Source of the DNA: Anthoceros angustus
Taxonomy: Eukaryota; Plantae; Anthocerotophyta
NCBI GenBank assembly: GCA_010909165.1
Contig: MU008162.1
Coordinates: 434,001-498,000, forward strand
Direction of reading: 5' to 3'
DNA length: 64,000 nucleotides
The translations under genes and the position numbers were made by a program. Shown here one piece after another: positions 27,201 through 39,932 of this stretch. The notes under the pieces are model-generated. The model made no database searches and was not told the origin of the DNA. It worked only from the letters and a program-made list of their open reading frames with translations. The first letter of the stretch is position 1. Each line of letters opens with the position of its first letter.

Positions 27201-30200
27201 AAGGAACTTGTTAATTATCCGATTATAATATGTACGTTAATCTACATACATGGACAACATCTCTTGTTGTCGGTGAATTCTTCCTCTCCTATGGACGAGT
27301 AATTGGAATAACGAGATTGAACTAGTGTTTGATGTGTCAAGTTTGGATTCCTCCTTTCATAGTTTTCAATCTCGATACACAAAATGAGATTGATAACTAG
27401 ATTGGAAAAAAACTAGGCAAAGATTAAGTTGTAAATAAAGGTGAGAAGGGGTAAGACCCTCTATACAAAATCTTGTTATTTAATATATATATATCTATTA
27501 AGTAGCCAATGTTTGTCCGATGAAGTTACTTTGGAAATAAATAAATATTTGGTTCTAACAAACAATACAAGACACCTATGGCTACATTAAGTGGTTTTGG
27601 TGGGAGTACTAGGTTACTTATGTTCTTCTTGTTTCTCTTCCAGAAGATGAAATGAGTCCATCTAATATAATGTAGGCCTTTCAATCTTCTTGCATGTGAC
27701 ATTGTCGGCGCAATATGTGACTTTCACGTAGGGAGCTTAGTGTTGCACCCCATCGCAAGGTTCCCCTTGGCGGCCTCGACCCTATGATGTCCTCTATTAG
27801 ATGGGCTCTCTCCATCATCTCTCCTACCTTAATTTTAAAGCTTCATCTATTGAGGCTAGTATTTTCGAGCAAAATCGGGTTGGTGAAGGCACAAAAGATT
27901 TATGTGACAATAAGTAGTTGTTTGCATGTGTCAAGCTGGTGGTATGCTTGAAATCATGTCCAATTTCGAAGGCGACCGATGTGTTGTAAGGGTTGTAGAA
28001 CCCAAAGGTGGGCTTCCTTTTCAAACTCTTCTCAAGTTTTATTTGGTTATCGAACCAATAAGTGCGCTTCTTTATTTGCAAGATCCTTCATGCGTTTGAT
28101 GGGCGAGGGTGATTGGATGGGACATGATCCCAAACATCACGCTTAGTTTTCAAAGAGACTGCTCCCGTTTCAAAGAGACCCTAGGAAAACCATATATATA
28201 AGCCAATCTAATATTATTATATTACATAGTCAAAGTAAAAGATTAATATGCTTATGTTCGAGAGTTGCATGAAAGAAGGTATGAAGCAAGAAGGATGAGA
28301 TCCACTTTCTAAGCGTGAGAGCATATGTCACACACGGATACCTTGATAGGGAGGGAGCATGAAGGTGTTTGATCATTTGGTGAGGCTTGTGAGACGAGCA
28401 ACAGCAATACATAAACAAGTGAGGACTATACATCGGATGTTCTAAATTGTGAGAAGACTCAACATCACATTTCTTGCTGCCCATAGTTGCCTATACGAGT
28501 AGTCATAAAGTTCATTGACACCATCGTGATCATAAAGGATACGCGAATAACTCACTGCCGAGAAAGGAATCGCCATATGCAGACGGAAGGTCCATGTCTA
28601 ATCCTCCACTTTGAATTTTTTGAAATAGTAGAAAATAAATATGTAACGGTCTCCTCCGGCTTTTATCAATCCTTTCAATTAAAAGGACAAATTACGTTAT
28701 TCCTCGATGGTATGCTCTTCAACGAAGATATTCCTTGATGGTCTATTTAGACCGATCCCTTAGATGCGATTACTGAATTGTGGAACTAAAGTTTGGGCAT
28801 TCTTTGAGAACATGGAGAAAGAATTGTAAGAAGCTGCCAAGATTCTAGTAAGAATGTTCAAATTCCTTTTGACTTTTGATTTTGAGGATTTACCCGAGTA
28901 AAATGTAGGCTAGAATCACCTAGCGGACGTATCCGATCCTAGAAGGCGAACCGCATCTCGAGACGCCGCGCGATCGTCTCGTAGGAGGCCCGTAAGAGGT
29001 CTAACACTCATAAATTTTTAACCTATGGTGGGCTTGGAGACTTAACGATTTTTGGCCAAACCGTAGGAGGATAAGTAGATAGGTAGGTAGGTTTGAATAT
29101 TTTAGGAGGGAATATCTAACATATATAGCAGATCATGGAGGTGAGGAATGCGAGACCCAAGGAAGAAGTTTCCTTGGACTTTAGCGCATGCCAAGCGGTA
29201 GGAAGCCTCCTTGACACCAATCTTCTCCGACATGCCGATTAGACCGGGTCGGGCTGCAAAACTTGGAGCCATCCCACCATCTCCGCCATGGTCAGACGCA
29301 GATGCCCGGAACTCGACCCTCGACATCCGCGGGATGCTGCACTCCCTGGGATGAGTCTTGGTGCCGATCCTGCATCAATCCCGCCTGAGCTCCGAGTGGT
29401 GTGTTAGGGACCCTCGCGAGCCGTCAATCACACCTCTTGTGGGCCCTCTTCCTCCTCTCCGCCTCCCGTGGGACCTCCTCGGTTTCCTCCGCCCACCGGT
29501 GATGCTCCCTTCGGTGATGCTATGGCGGCATTCAAGACTTTCACATCTTCCACGATCTGGGCACGATGCAGGCGGGGCAGGGGTGGTGGAGGAGGAGGCG
29601 ACACCGAGCTGGAGCTCTTGCTCCTCGGAGCGGATCAAAAACCAACCTTGCAAATGGCAAGTTCCTATACATGTGGACTTGTGCGGTTGTCATGAAATTT
29701 AACATGGGATCAAAACGGAATATAGCTTGGTTATCACGTAATATAAGAAAATGCTAAACCATTGCATGAAGTATCTATTTTCAAATAAGGAACTTGTTAA
29801 TTATCCGATTATAATATGTACGTTAATCTACATACATGGACAACATCTCTTGTTGTCGAGGGTGGATTCTTCCTCTCCTATGGACGGAGTAATTGGAATA
29901 ACGAGATTGAACTAGTGTTTGATGTTGTCAAGTTTGGATTCCTCCTTTCATAGTTTTCAATCTCGATACACAAAATGAGATTGATAACTAGATTGGAAAA
30001 AAACTAGGCAAAGATTAAGTTGTAAATAAAGGTGAGAAGATGTAAGACCCTCTATACAAAATCTTGTTATTTAATATATATATTATCTATTAAGTAGCCA
30101 ATGTTTGTCAAATTGAAGTTACTTTGGAAATAAATAAATATTTGGTTCTAACAAACAATACAAGACACCTATGGCTACATTAAAGTGGTTTTGGTGGGGA

Positions 30201-33200
30201 GTACTAGGTTACTTATGTTCTTCTTGTTTCTCTTCCACGAAGATGAAATGAGTCCATCTAATATAATGTAGGCCTTTCAATCTTCTTGCATGTGACATTG
30301 TCGGCGCAATATGTGACTTTACGTGGGGAGCTTAGTTGCTCCGCAATTTCTTGCAAGGTTCCCCTTGGCGGCCTCGACCCTATGATGTCCTCTATTAGAT
30401 GGGCTCTCTCCATCATCTCTCCTACCTCAATTTTAAAGCTTCATCTATTGAGGCTAGTATTTCGAGCAAAATCGGTTGTGGTGAAGGCACAAAGATTTAT
30501 GTGACAATAAGTAGTTGTTTGCATGTGTCAAGCTGGTGGTATGCTTGAAATCATGTCCAATTTAGCGAATTGATGTGTTGTAAGGGTTGTAGAACCCAAA
30601 GGTGGGCTTCCTTTTCAAACTCTTCTCAAGTTTTATTTGGTTATCGAACCAATAAGTGCGCTTCTTTATTTGGTATCCTTACCGTTTGATGGGGCGAGGT
30701 GGCGCCGATGGGACATGATCCCAAACATCACGCCTGCTTCAAAGAGACTGCTCCCGTTTCAAAGAGACTCTGCTTCAAAGAGACCAGAGGAAAACCATAT
30801 ATATAAGCCAATCTAATATTATTATATTACATAGTCAAAGTAAAAGATTAATATGCTTATGTTCGTGAGAGTTGCATGAAAGAAGGTATGAAGCAAGAAG
30901 GGATGAGATCCACTTTCTAGCGTGAGAGCATATGTCACACACGGATACCTTGATAGGGAGGAGCATGAAGGTGTTTGATCATTTGGTGAGGCTTGAGGAG
31001 GCGTCAGACAAATACATAAACAAGTGAGGACTATACATCGGATGTTCTAAATTGTGAGAAGACTCAACATCACATTTCTTGCAAGCGCCCATAGTTGCCT
31101 TGCTACAGTAGTCGCAAAAGTTCATTGACACCATCGTGATCATAAAGGATCTGAATAACTCACTGAGAAAGGAATCGCCATATGCGAGACGGAAGGTCCA
31201 TGTCTAATCCTCCACCGAATTTTTTTGAAATAGTAGAAAAATAAATATGTAACGGTCTCCTCTGGCTTTTATCAATCCTTTCAATTAAAAGGACAAATTC
31301 GTTATTCCTCGATGGTATGCTCTTCAGCGAAGATATTCCTTGATGGTCTATTTAGACCGATCCCTTAGATGCGATTGCTGAATTGTGGAGCATAAAAGTT
31401 TGGGCATTCTTTGAGAACATGGAGAAAGAATTGTAAGAAATTGCCAAGATTCTAGTAAGAATGTTCAAATTCCTTTTGACTTTTGATTTTGAGGATTGCA
31501 GAGTAAAATGTAGGCTAGAATCACCTAGCGGGGCGTATCCAGTCCTAGAAGGCAGAACCGCATCTCGAGGCCTGGCGGATCGTCTCGTGGAGGCCCCGTA
31601 AGAGGTCTAACACTCATAAATTTTTAACCTATGGTGGGCGGTTGGAGACTTAACGCATTTTTGGCCAAACCGTAGGAGGATAAGTAGATAGGTAGGTAGG
31701 TTTGAATATTTTAGGAGGAATATCTAACATATATAGCGAGGCATCGGAGGTGAGGAATCGAGACCCAAGGAAGAAGTTTCCTTGGACTTTAGTAACCGCG
31801 GCCAAGCGGTAGGAAGCCTCCTTGACACACCAATCTTCTCAGACATGCCGATTAGACCGGTCGGCTGCAAAACTTGGAGCCATCCCACCATCTCCGCCAT
31901 GGCCGCGCAGCATGCCCGAACTCGACCCTCGACATGCACAGGATCTTGCACTCCCTCGGGGATGAGTCTTGGTGCCGATCCGCATCAGCTCCCACCCGAG
32001 TCGGGGTGTGTTGGGGACCCTCGCCCGAGCCGTCAATCACACTCTTGCCAGCCCTCTTCCTCCTCTCCGCTGCCTCCCGGGGACCTCCTCGGTTTCCCGC
32101 CAGATGCTCCCTTCCGGTGATGCTATGGCATTGACTTTCACATCTTCCACGATCGGGCACGATGCAACTGGGGGCAAGGGGTGGTGGAGGAGGAGCACAC
32201 CGGAGCTGGAGCTCTTGCTCCTGAGGTCCGTGGACGAAAAACCAACCTTGCAAATGGCAAGTTCCTATACATGTGGACTTGTGCGGTTGTCATGAAATTT
32301 AACATGGGATCAAAAGCGGAATATAGCTTGGTTATCACGGCGTAATGTAAGAAAATGCTAAACGTTGCATGAAGTATCTATTTTCAAATAAGGAACTTGT
32401 TAATTATCTGATTATAATATGTACGTTAAATACATACATGGACAACATCTCTTGTTGTCGAGGGTGGATTCTTCCTCTCCTATGGACCGGAGTAATTGGA
32501 ATAACGAGATTGAACTAGTGTTTGATGTTGTCAAGTTTGGATTCCTCCTTTCATAGTTTTCGATCTCGATACACAAAATGAGATTGATAACTAGATTGGA
32601 AAAAAACTAGGCAAAGATTAAGTTGTAAATAAAGGTGAGAAGACAGTAAGACCCTCTATACAAAATCTTGTTATTTAATATATATATTATCTATTAAGTA
32701 GCCAATGTTTGTCCGATGAAGTTACTTTGGAAATAAATAAATATTTGGTTCTAACAAACAATACAAGACACCTATGGCTACATTAAAGTGGTTTTGGTGG
32801 GGAGTACTAGGTTACTTATGTTCTTCTTGTTTCTCCACGAAGATGAAATGAGTCCATCTAATATAATGTAGGCCTTTCAATCTTCTTGCATGTGACATTG
32901 TCGGCGCAATATGTGACTTCACGTAGGGAGCTTAGTTGCTCCAATTCCAATTCTGCAAGGTTCCCCTTGGCCTCGACCCTATGATGTCCTCTATTAGATG
33001 GGCTCTCTCCATCATCTCTCCTACCTCAATTTTAAAGCTTCATCTATTGAGGCTAGTATTTTCGAGCAAAATCGATTGTGGTGAAGGCACAAAAGATTTA
33101 TGTGACAATAAGTAGTTGTTTGCATGTGTCAAGCTGGTGGTATGCTTGAAATCATGTCCAATTTCGCAGGCGTTACTGTGATGTGTTGTAAGGGTTGTAG

Positions 33201-34575
33201 AACCCAAAGGTGGGCTTCCTTTTCAAACTCTTCTCAAGTTTTATTTGGTTATCGAACCAATAAGTGCGCTTCTTTATTTGGTATCCTTGCGTTTGATGGG
33301 GCGAGGTGGCCGATGGGACATGATCCCAAACATCACGCTTAGCTTCAAAGAGACTGCACGTTTCAAAGAGACCAGAGGAAAACCATATATATAAGCCAAT
33401 CTAATATTATTATATTACATAGTCAAAGTAAAAGATTAATATGCTTATGTTCGTGAGAGTTGCATGAAAGAAGGTATGAAGCAAGAAGGGATGAGATCCA
33501 CTTTCTAGCGTGAGAGCATATGTCACACGGATACCTTGATAGGGAGGGAGCATGAAGGTGTTTGATCATTTGGTGAGGCTTGAGACGTCGAACAACCAAT
33601 ACATAAACAAGTGAGGACTATACATCGGATGTTCTAAATTGTGAGAAGACTCAACATCACATTTCTTGCAAGGCTGCCCATAGTTGCCTTGCTACAGTAG
33701 TCGCAAAAGTTCATTGACACCATCGTGATCATAAAGGATACGCGAATAACTCACTGTAGAAGGAATCGCCATATGCGAGACGGAAGGTCCATGTCTAATC
33801 CTCCACGAATTTTTTTGAAATAGTAGAAAAATAAATATGTAACGGTCTCCTCCTCGGCTTTTATCAATCCTTTTCAATTAAAAGGACAAATTACGTTATT
33901 CCTCGATGGTATGCTCTTCAGCGAAGATATTCCTTGATGGTCTATTTAGACCGATCCCTTAGATGCGATTACTGAATTGTGGAGCAAAAGTTTGGGCATT
34001 CTTTGAGAACATGGAGAAAGAATTGTAAGAAGGCTGCCAAGATTCTAGTAAGAATGTTCAAATTCCTTTTGACTTTTGATTTTGAGGATTTACGAGTAAA
34101 ATGTAGGCTAGAATCACCTAGCGGACGATCCAGTCCTAGAAGGAACGCATCTCGAGACGCGCTGGCGGATCGTCTCGTAGGAGGCCCCAAGAGGTCTAAC
34201 ACTCATAAATTTTTAACCTATGGTGGGCGGTTGGAGACTTAACGCATTTTGGCCAAACCGTAGAGGATAAGTAGATAGGTAGGTAGGTTTGAATATTTTA
34301 GGAGGAATATCTAACATATATAGCGAGCATCGGAGGTGAGGAATGCGAGACCCAAGGAAGAAGTTTCCTTGGACTTTGCAGTTATAAGCAGTGTAGGAAG
34401 CCTCCTTGACACACCAATCTTCTCCGACATGCCGATTAGACGGTCGGGCTGCAAAACTTGAGCGCCATCCCACCATCTCGCCATGGCGCACGAACATGCC
34501 GGAACTCTCGACATCCGCACTGATCTGCACTCCCTCGGGGATGAGTCTTGGTGCCGATCCTGCATCAACAGCCCG
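15190..34575. repeat. Macrosatellite-like tandem array, ~2.6 kb unit, ~7.5 unit-equivalents including partial units
   Basis: Marker CTAGGTTACTTATGTTCTTCTTGTTTCTC at ~15192, 20713, 23308, 27609, 30204 and 32807. Full period ~2595-2603, with inserted partial units of ~1455, 1484 and 2 x 864 bp. Confidence 0.95.
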
Positions 34576-34589
34576 CTTCTGACTCCGGT

Positions 34590-34721
34590 TTGGTTTCCAA
34601 CCCAAAGTGTAACAAGCGGCCCAAAAAGTGTTACATGACCCCAAAATTGCAAGATAAGTGTTACATCCAAGGGTCCAAATCTTAACATAAAGTGTAACAT
34701 GGGCTGCCATTTCTAGTAGGG
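34590..34721 (-). mobile_element. CACTA/EnSpm-like terminus with subterminal repeats
   Basis: Reverse complement begins CCCTACTAGAAA (one mismatch to CACTACTAGAAA). Four AAGTGT(A/T)ACA motifs lie within 130 bp. Partner end not found. Confidence 0.55.
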
Positions 34722-37700
34722 TGCGACATCATCTAGACGTTCCAAACATTCCATTGCCGCTCGAATCTTCCTGGGCCGCCCCTGCCTCGTGACTTGCCAC
34801 CTTTCCGTTTCAGAGGCCCCGGCCTCGGCTCCTGCTTCCCTTTGCTTCGCCTGGTTTGCCGCCTGCTCCTCTGCCTCACCCAACTCCCTGGAGGCTACGC
34901 ACGATGACTGAGTTGATCCGGTGGGCCTTGGGCCGAGTGACAATTCAGGTGTTCGTGATGACCACTTCTTACTCAATCGCCGTGGCTATTTCATCCCGTG
35001 CTAGGGGCCACTTCTCATGTGTGGCGGTTCACCAAGAATCGCCATTCCAAAGGTGACTGACAAACCTCATCCATGCACCGAGGGCCATTGGTGCACCACA
35101 TTGTCCTCCCGTGACATTTTGGTCGTGAGGGCCTGCTTGCACATCCATCGCGAGGGTCGCAACAGCATGTACAATAGCCACTGCTCACTGCAATGGCACT
35201 TCGCACTAGGACCCTCCATTACAGCCTTTAGGATTCGGACTTTCTACCACGGAGTTCCCACTGCGACCGCACTTGGGGCACACTGCGCCCCTTGGCGCCT
35301 TGACGATGAATGGCCTCGTTAACCACTCCTCTAAAGGAGGAAGCTCCTTGGGCAACTCACCCACCTCCTCCGTTGTGCCAATTAACAAAGATGTTGCATG
35401 ATCCGGTGCTCCATCGGGCCTGACTTCCGGTGGTTACGGCTACCGGTCAAAGCAAAATGCGGGTCACACTATTGCGATGGTGCGGACATCATCTTGACTA
35501 CAATTGGCCCTCTGCTCTTGGCACAACCAGTCCGGCGTTTGAAGCACATAGTGCATCGGCCGGCAAGGTTGCGGTGGCGGGCGAGCGGCGATGATGGCTG
35601 CATTGTCCGAGGTGGGGTTTTCTGAACATGAGTGTCCCCAAGAGTGGGAACAGTCGGAGACATTGGGGGAAGGCGACTATACGTACCTACAGGAGAAACC
35701 ACAACAATTGACAGTGTGCATGTGATGCAGGGTATGAACTTGAGCATAAAAAACAATTTTTGGCAGTGTGCACTCACCAGGAGAGTCTTGGAGAAGTTTT
35801 CTAGCTGCCTGGGGAAGATGGCTTCGAATTCCAGCACCCACATACCCTATACCATCTTTCAAACGGTCTTCCAATTGCTTGAAGTCATTCAGCAGTTGAT
35901 GGTACTCTGCTGTCCACTCTAGCTCCTGGTCTAGCTACCAATGTTCGAACTTAACTGCACTCGTAAAAGGCCACCCTTTGGCTTTCAGCCATTGCGGAGG
36001 AACTTCGACTATCTACAAGCGAGATGACATGGGTGGAATGCACGAAAAAACAGGCATCATGGAAGCTATGCCCACATGGGAGGAAAACAAAATCGTTGCA
36101 TGCAAACCACCTGCAGACACACAGCACATTTACATGGTACATCTTAGAACAACAACAAGAACATCAAGGTTTCACACGAGTGCGAGCACTAACCTCCCAC
36201 ACACAGAACAAAGGGTTATTTGAAGAGGCCCATTTGGCCTACTGTGCGAAGGAGCAGGAACCCATTGTGGCACAGGCTGCTTCTTCAACGACAGGTTATA
36301 CAATCGGCAAAGGTTTCCATGGTACTCATGGACTACACTACACCTTTGATCTAGCACCTCATGCTTTTTTTGGAGGGCTAGGAGAGCACTTTCAGCCTGT
36401 GCCACCACTTGCAGTTGCTCTTTCACACGCAACAGCATCTCCTCGGCACTGCCAAATCGTCCGGCGTTAATAAGTAGTGGTCAAGCTGCATTTTGGGTTG
36501 GGCGAGGTGATCTCGCACAATTACAAACCAATGGGTCGAGATGGCGCTGCACGACACGAGCAATCACAAAGTCGAGAAGCGACCAGCTGCCGTCAACTTA
36601 TTTTGCTCGCAAACGCCTTTGCGGACAATGCCTCCTCTTCCTCGGTGACATGCGAGCAATGCAAGCTCCCCCTTCACTTTTGTGGCCACGTCAAGCGTTT
36701 ACCAAGCATGGTCTAGAAACAAGTAACCCGTTAGAATGTACAAATTGTTCACCAAGTTCCAACCCGGATCAATGTCCACACAGTGGTGAAGTGATCACCA
36801 CGGTCATCAGTGACCCGCCATGCTACTATTGCCTTCTCTAACATCAAATCACACTAGCTAGTTACGCAACAACTGAAAATTTGAGAGGAAATCACAGTAT
36901 TGGAAAAGGTCTTGGCCTGACCTTGCAATGCCTGCAAGTACAAGATCGCTTTGCGGTACCACGTGATCCCGCCACCATCCCTTCACCAACATCATGTCAC
37001 ATTAGTTCATCGGTGAAAATTGAAATCTGACATGGAGTCGGAATGCTCTGAAAAAGAGGCATCATGGAAGCTATGCTATGGGAGGAAAACAAAATCGTTG
37101 CATGCAAACCACTGCATAACACGACAATTACATGGTACATCTTAGAACAACAACAAGAACATCAAGGTTTCACGAGTGCGAGCACTAACCTCCCACACAG
37201 AACAAAGGGTTATTTGAAGAGGCCCATTTGGCCATCGCGAAGGAGCAGGAACCCATTGTGGCAGCTTCTTCAACGACAAAGGTTATACAATCGCAAAGGT
37301 TTCCATGGTACTCATGGACTACACTACACCTTTGATCTAGCACCTCATGCTTTTTGGAGGCTAGAAGGGCACTTTCACTGTGCCACCACTTGCAGTTGCT
37401 CTTTCACAAAGCAACGTCCTCGCCCGTACAAATCGCCCAGACGTTAATAAGTAGTGGTCAATCACATTGTTGGGCACAAGAGGTGAACTCCGCACAATTA
37501 CAAACCAATGGGTCGAGAGGACGCTCGCCAACGACACGAGCAATCACAAAGTCGAAATACCAACCGAGTCAACTTATTTTGCTCGCAAACGCCTGCATAA
37601 TGCCTCCTCTTCCTCGGTGTGCAAGGAGCAATGCAAGCTCCCCCTTCACTTTTGTGGCCACGTCAAGCGTTTACCAAGCATGGTCTAGAAACAAGTAACC

Positions 37701-38030
37701 CGTTAGAATGTACAAATTGTTCACCAAGTTCCAACCCGGATCAATGTCCACACAGTGGTGAAGTGATCACCACGGTCATCATGACCCGCCATGCTACTAT
37801 TGCCTTCTAACATCAAATCACACTAGCTAGTTACGCAACAACTGAAAATTTGAGAGAAATCATGATTGGAAAAGGTCTTGGCCGACCTTGCAATGCTGCA
37901 AGTACAAGATGCTTGCGTGTACGTGATCGCCCTGCCACCATCCCTTCACCAACATCATGTCACATTGGTTACGCATCAGCTGAAAAATTGAAACTGGAAA
38001 TCACAGCATGGAATGGGTCTCTACTTGAAA
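34722..38030 (-). pseudogene. Degenerate coding region with coiled-coil and RING-like zinc finger; includes ~1 kb tandem duplication
   Basis: Minus ORFs LLRVKEQLQVVAQAESALLALQKKHEVLDQR and LCVCRWFACNDFVFLPCGHSFHDAC (LPCGHxFHxxC is the RING-H2 core), plus CPKCG further downstream. ~36045-37000 recurs at ~37050-37990. Confidence 0.5.
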
Positions 38031-38036
38031 TCATAG

Positions 38037-38645
38037 TGCAAAGGAACGAGTGGTAGACGAGAGAGCTGAACTTTTATTGTTGATAATCATTAATTGAAAA
38101 GGTCAAAAAGTTTAAATACAAAAATATACAATGTTTCACTATCTAACCCTTGCCCTAACCACATATGACTAACACGTATATAACCCATTATATAGGTAAA
38201 GGTTTAATATCCCTTAACACCCCCCCTTAAACTTAACCGTGTCCTCGCAGATGCCAGCACCGCCGCACGGAGGCGCCATCACCGCCGCACAGAGACGCAA
38301 CCACGAGGAGAAGGCAACAGCACGCACCATCATCATGCCTCAGCTTGCTGTAACACGCCCCAGCTTACGCTGCGGTACAGGCCAGTGGATGTGATAAGGA
38401 AGCACTGAGGGGACATGGCGACCAACATAGCTTCAACAACAGCGGGAGTCGAGCTGGTAGCCTTCGTGCTCTGATACCATGCGAAGGAACGAGTGGTAGA
38501 CGAGAGAGCTGAACTTTTATTGTTGATAATCATTAATTGAAAAGGTCAAAAAGTTTAAATACAAAAATATACAACGTTTCACTGTCTAACCCTTGCCCTA
38601 ACCACATATGACTAACATGGGGTTAAGGTTTAATATCCCTTAACA
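38037..38645 (-). mobile_element. Complete TRIM (terminal-repeat retrotransposon in miniature), 609 bp
   Basis: LTRs at 38037-38219 and 38480-38645, both TG..CA. PBS TGGTATCAGAGCA (iMet tRNA) on minus at 38479-38467. G7 polypurine tract on minus at 38226-38220. 260-bp non-coding interior. 5-bp TSD CATAG/CACAG. Confidence 0.93.
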
Positions 38646-38660
38646 CACAGCATGGAACGA

Positions 38661-38770
38661 GCCTCCTCCTCTTCCTTTCCCTCTCCCCCTCCTCCTTCTT
38701 CCCATCTCCCCCTCCTTCCTCCCCCTCCTTTCTCCTCCTCCTTCTCCTCCTCCTCCTCCTCCTCTATTTC
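38661..38770. repeat. Polypyrimidine (CCT)n-like tract
   Basis: About 105 nt almost exclusively C/T. Confidence 0.85.
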
Positions 38771-38819
38771 GCGCATCCCTCCGCCGCCCAACTTGGAGGG
38801 TTAAGAATAACATGTTCGC

Positions 38820-39810
38820 AGACACTCTCCCGGGTGGGATTGGTTACCACCACATCAGCAACCGAACCTAATCCCCTCGGGTCAAAAATAGGTCTGCCCT
38901 AAGCGAAACCCCGTTGAGCAAGGTGTAAGGGCGCTCCCTAAATGGAAGGAACCCACCTTCCCTAGCAATAGAGAACATGACGTCCCAAACGGCGTCATGT
39001 GTAGCGATACGCTGCCCACCCGCGGGACAGCGAGCCAACTGCGTCCCAAAGTCATCGAGAGGGGCCCCGCAGCTACAAGTTGAAGAGAGCAAGCCAGAGG
39101 ATGGACCAAGCCAAAGTGCATCGCGGTAGAAAAAGTTCTTGCGATGCGGAATGCTTGAATACTAGGTCGAGCTGCCATGAACTGCCCCTTTCCCGAGCAA
39201 GAGCGAGGAGGCGAGTGGGCCTAGGAATGGAGGAATCCCGGAGGAGGGCCAATTGCGCCTGCCCGTACTGTTTCTCTAGGAGCGACACCTGAAGCCCCCG
39301 GAGCCCAACCTCGGAAAGCCTTTAAAAGGACGGCATGACAGCCCTCGCCTTGGAGGATAAAGAGTCCCTGGCTAATCTTAGTGAGGCCTGCCTAGGAAAA
39401 GTCCCCTCCTCAACGCTCGCGACAAAAGCCTCCAAGATAGGTGACTGCCGAAGTAAGAAACGGGAGGACAAGATGGGGGCAGAGAGAGCCCAGCTCCCTA
39501 AGAAAGCGCAGAGGCCTCCGTGGCCAGCAAACCAGTGCCCCCAAAAGTGATGGGAAGGAACGCCTGCCGCTTCGCAAGATCCTCGGCCACACACTCGAAG
39601 GTGCCTGGGCCGATGATGTCGCCTAAAACCTGCATAAGCCGCTTGTCGAAATTCCTTAGGCTAGACAAGAAAACCGGGGAGGGGGCAACTGTTTGAAGAA
39701 GGTACCCTGGCCGGCGCGCAAAACAAAAGGAGAGGATCCCAAACGCCACTTGCAGGTCTCCCAATTGAGAAAGGTCGTCAATGTGCACCAAATCCTCAGC
39801 CAAAGCTTTG
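38820..39810 (-). mobile_element. CRE-like non-LTR retrotransposon fragment (post-RT region, zinc knuckle, start of restriction-like endonuclease)
   Basis: LSQLGDLQVAFGILSFC..RPGYLLQTV; QAFLPITFGGTGL..FLGSWA; CSCGAPLDDFGTQLARC..GQRIATHDAV..LRADLF. Frameshifted and 5'-truncated. Confidence 0.8.
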
Positions 39811-39932
39811 CTTTTGCTGGAAAAGTGAGTTTCCTGGCCATGTCTGTATGCAAGGTCCTGGAGGGCGCCGGCCGGTCGGCGCCCTCCTCTCTGTTCTTTC
39901 CCGGTTTGGACTAACAATCTTGTGCTTGGCAG

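Noticed and set aside
15190-34575. Array as rDNA, 5S, snRNA or tRNA cluster
   Set aside because: No conserved rRNA, U-snRNA or tRNA sequence recognised on either strand.
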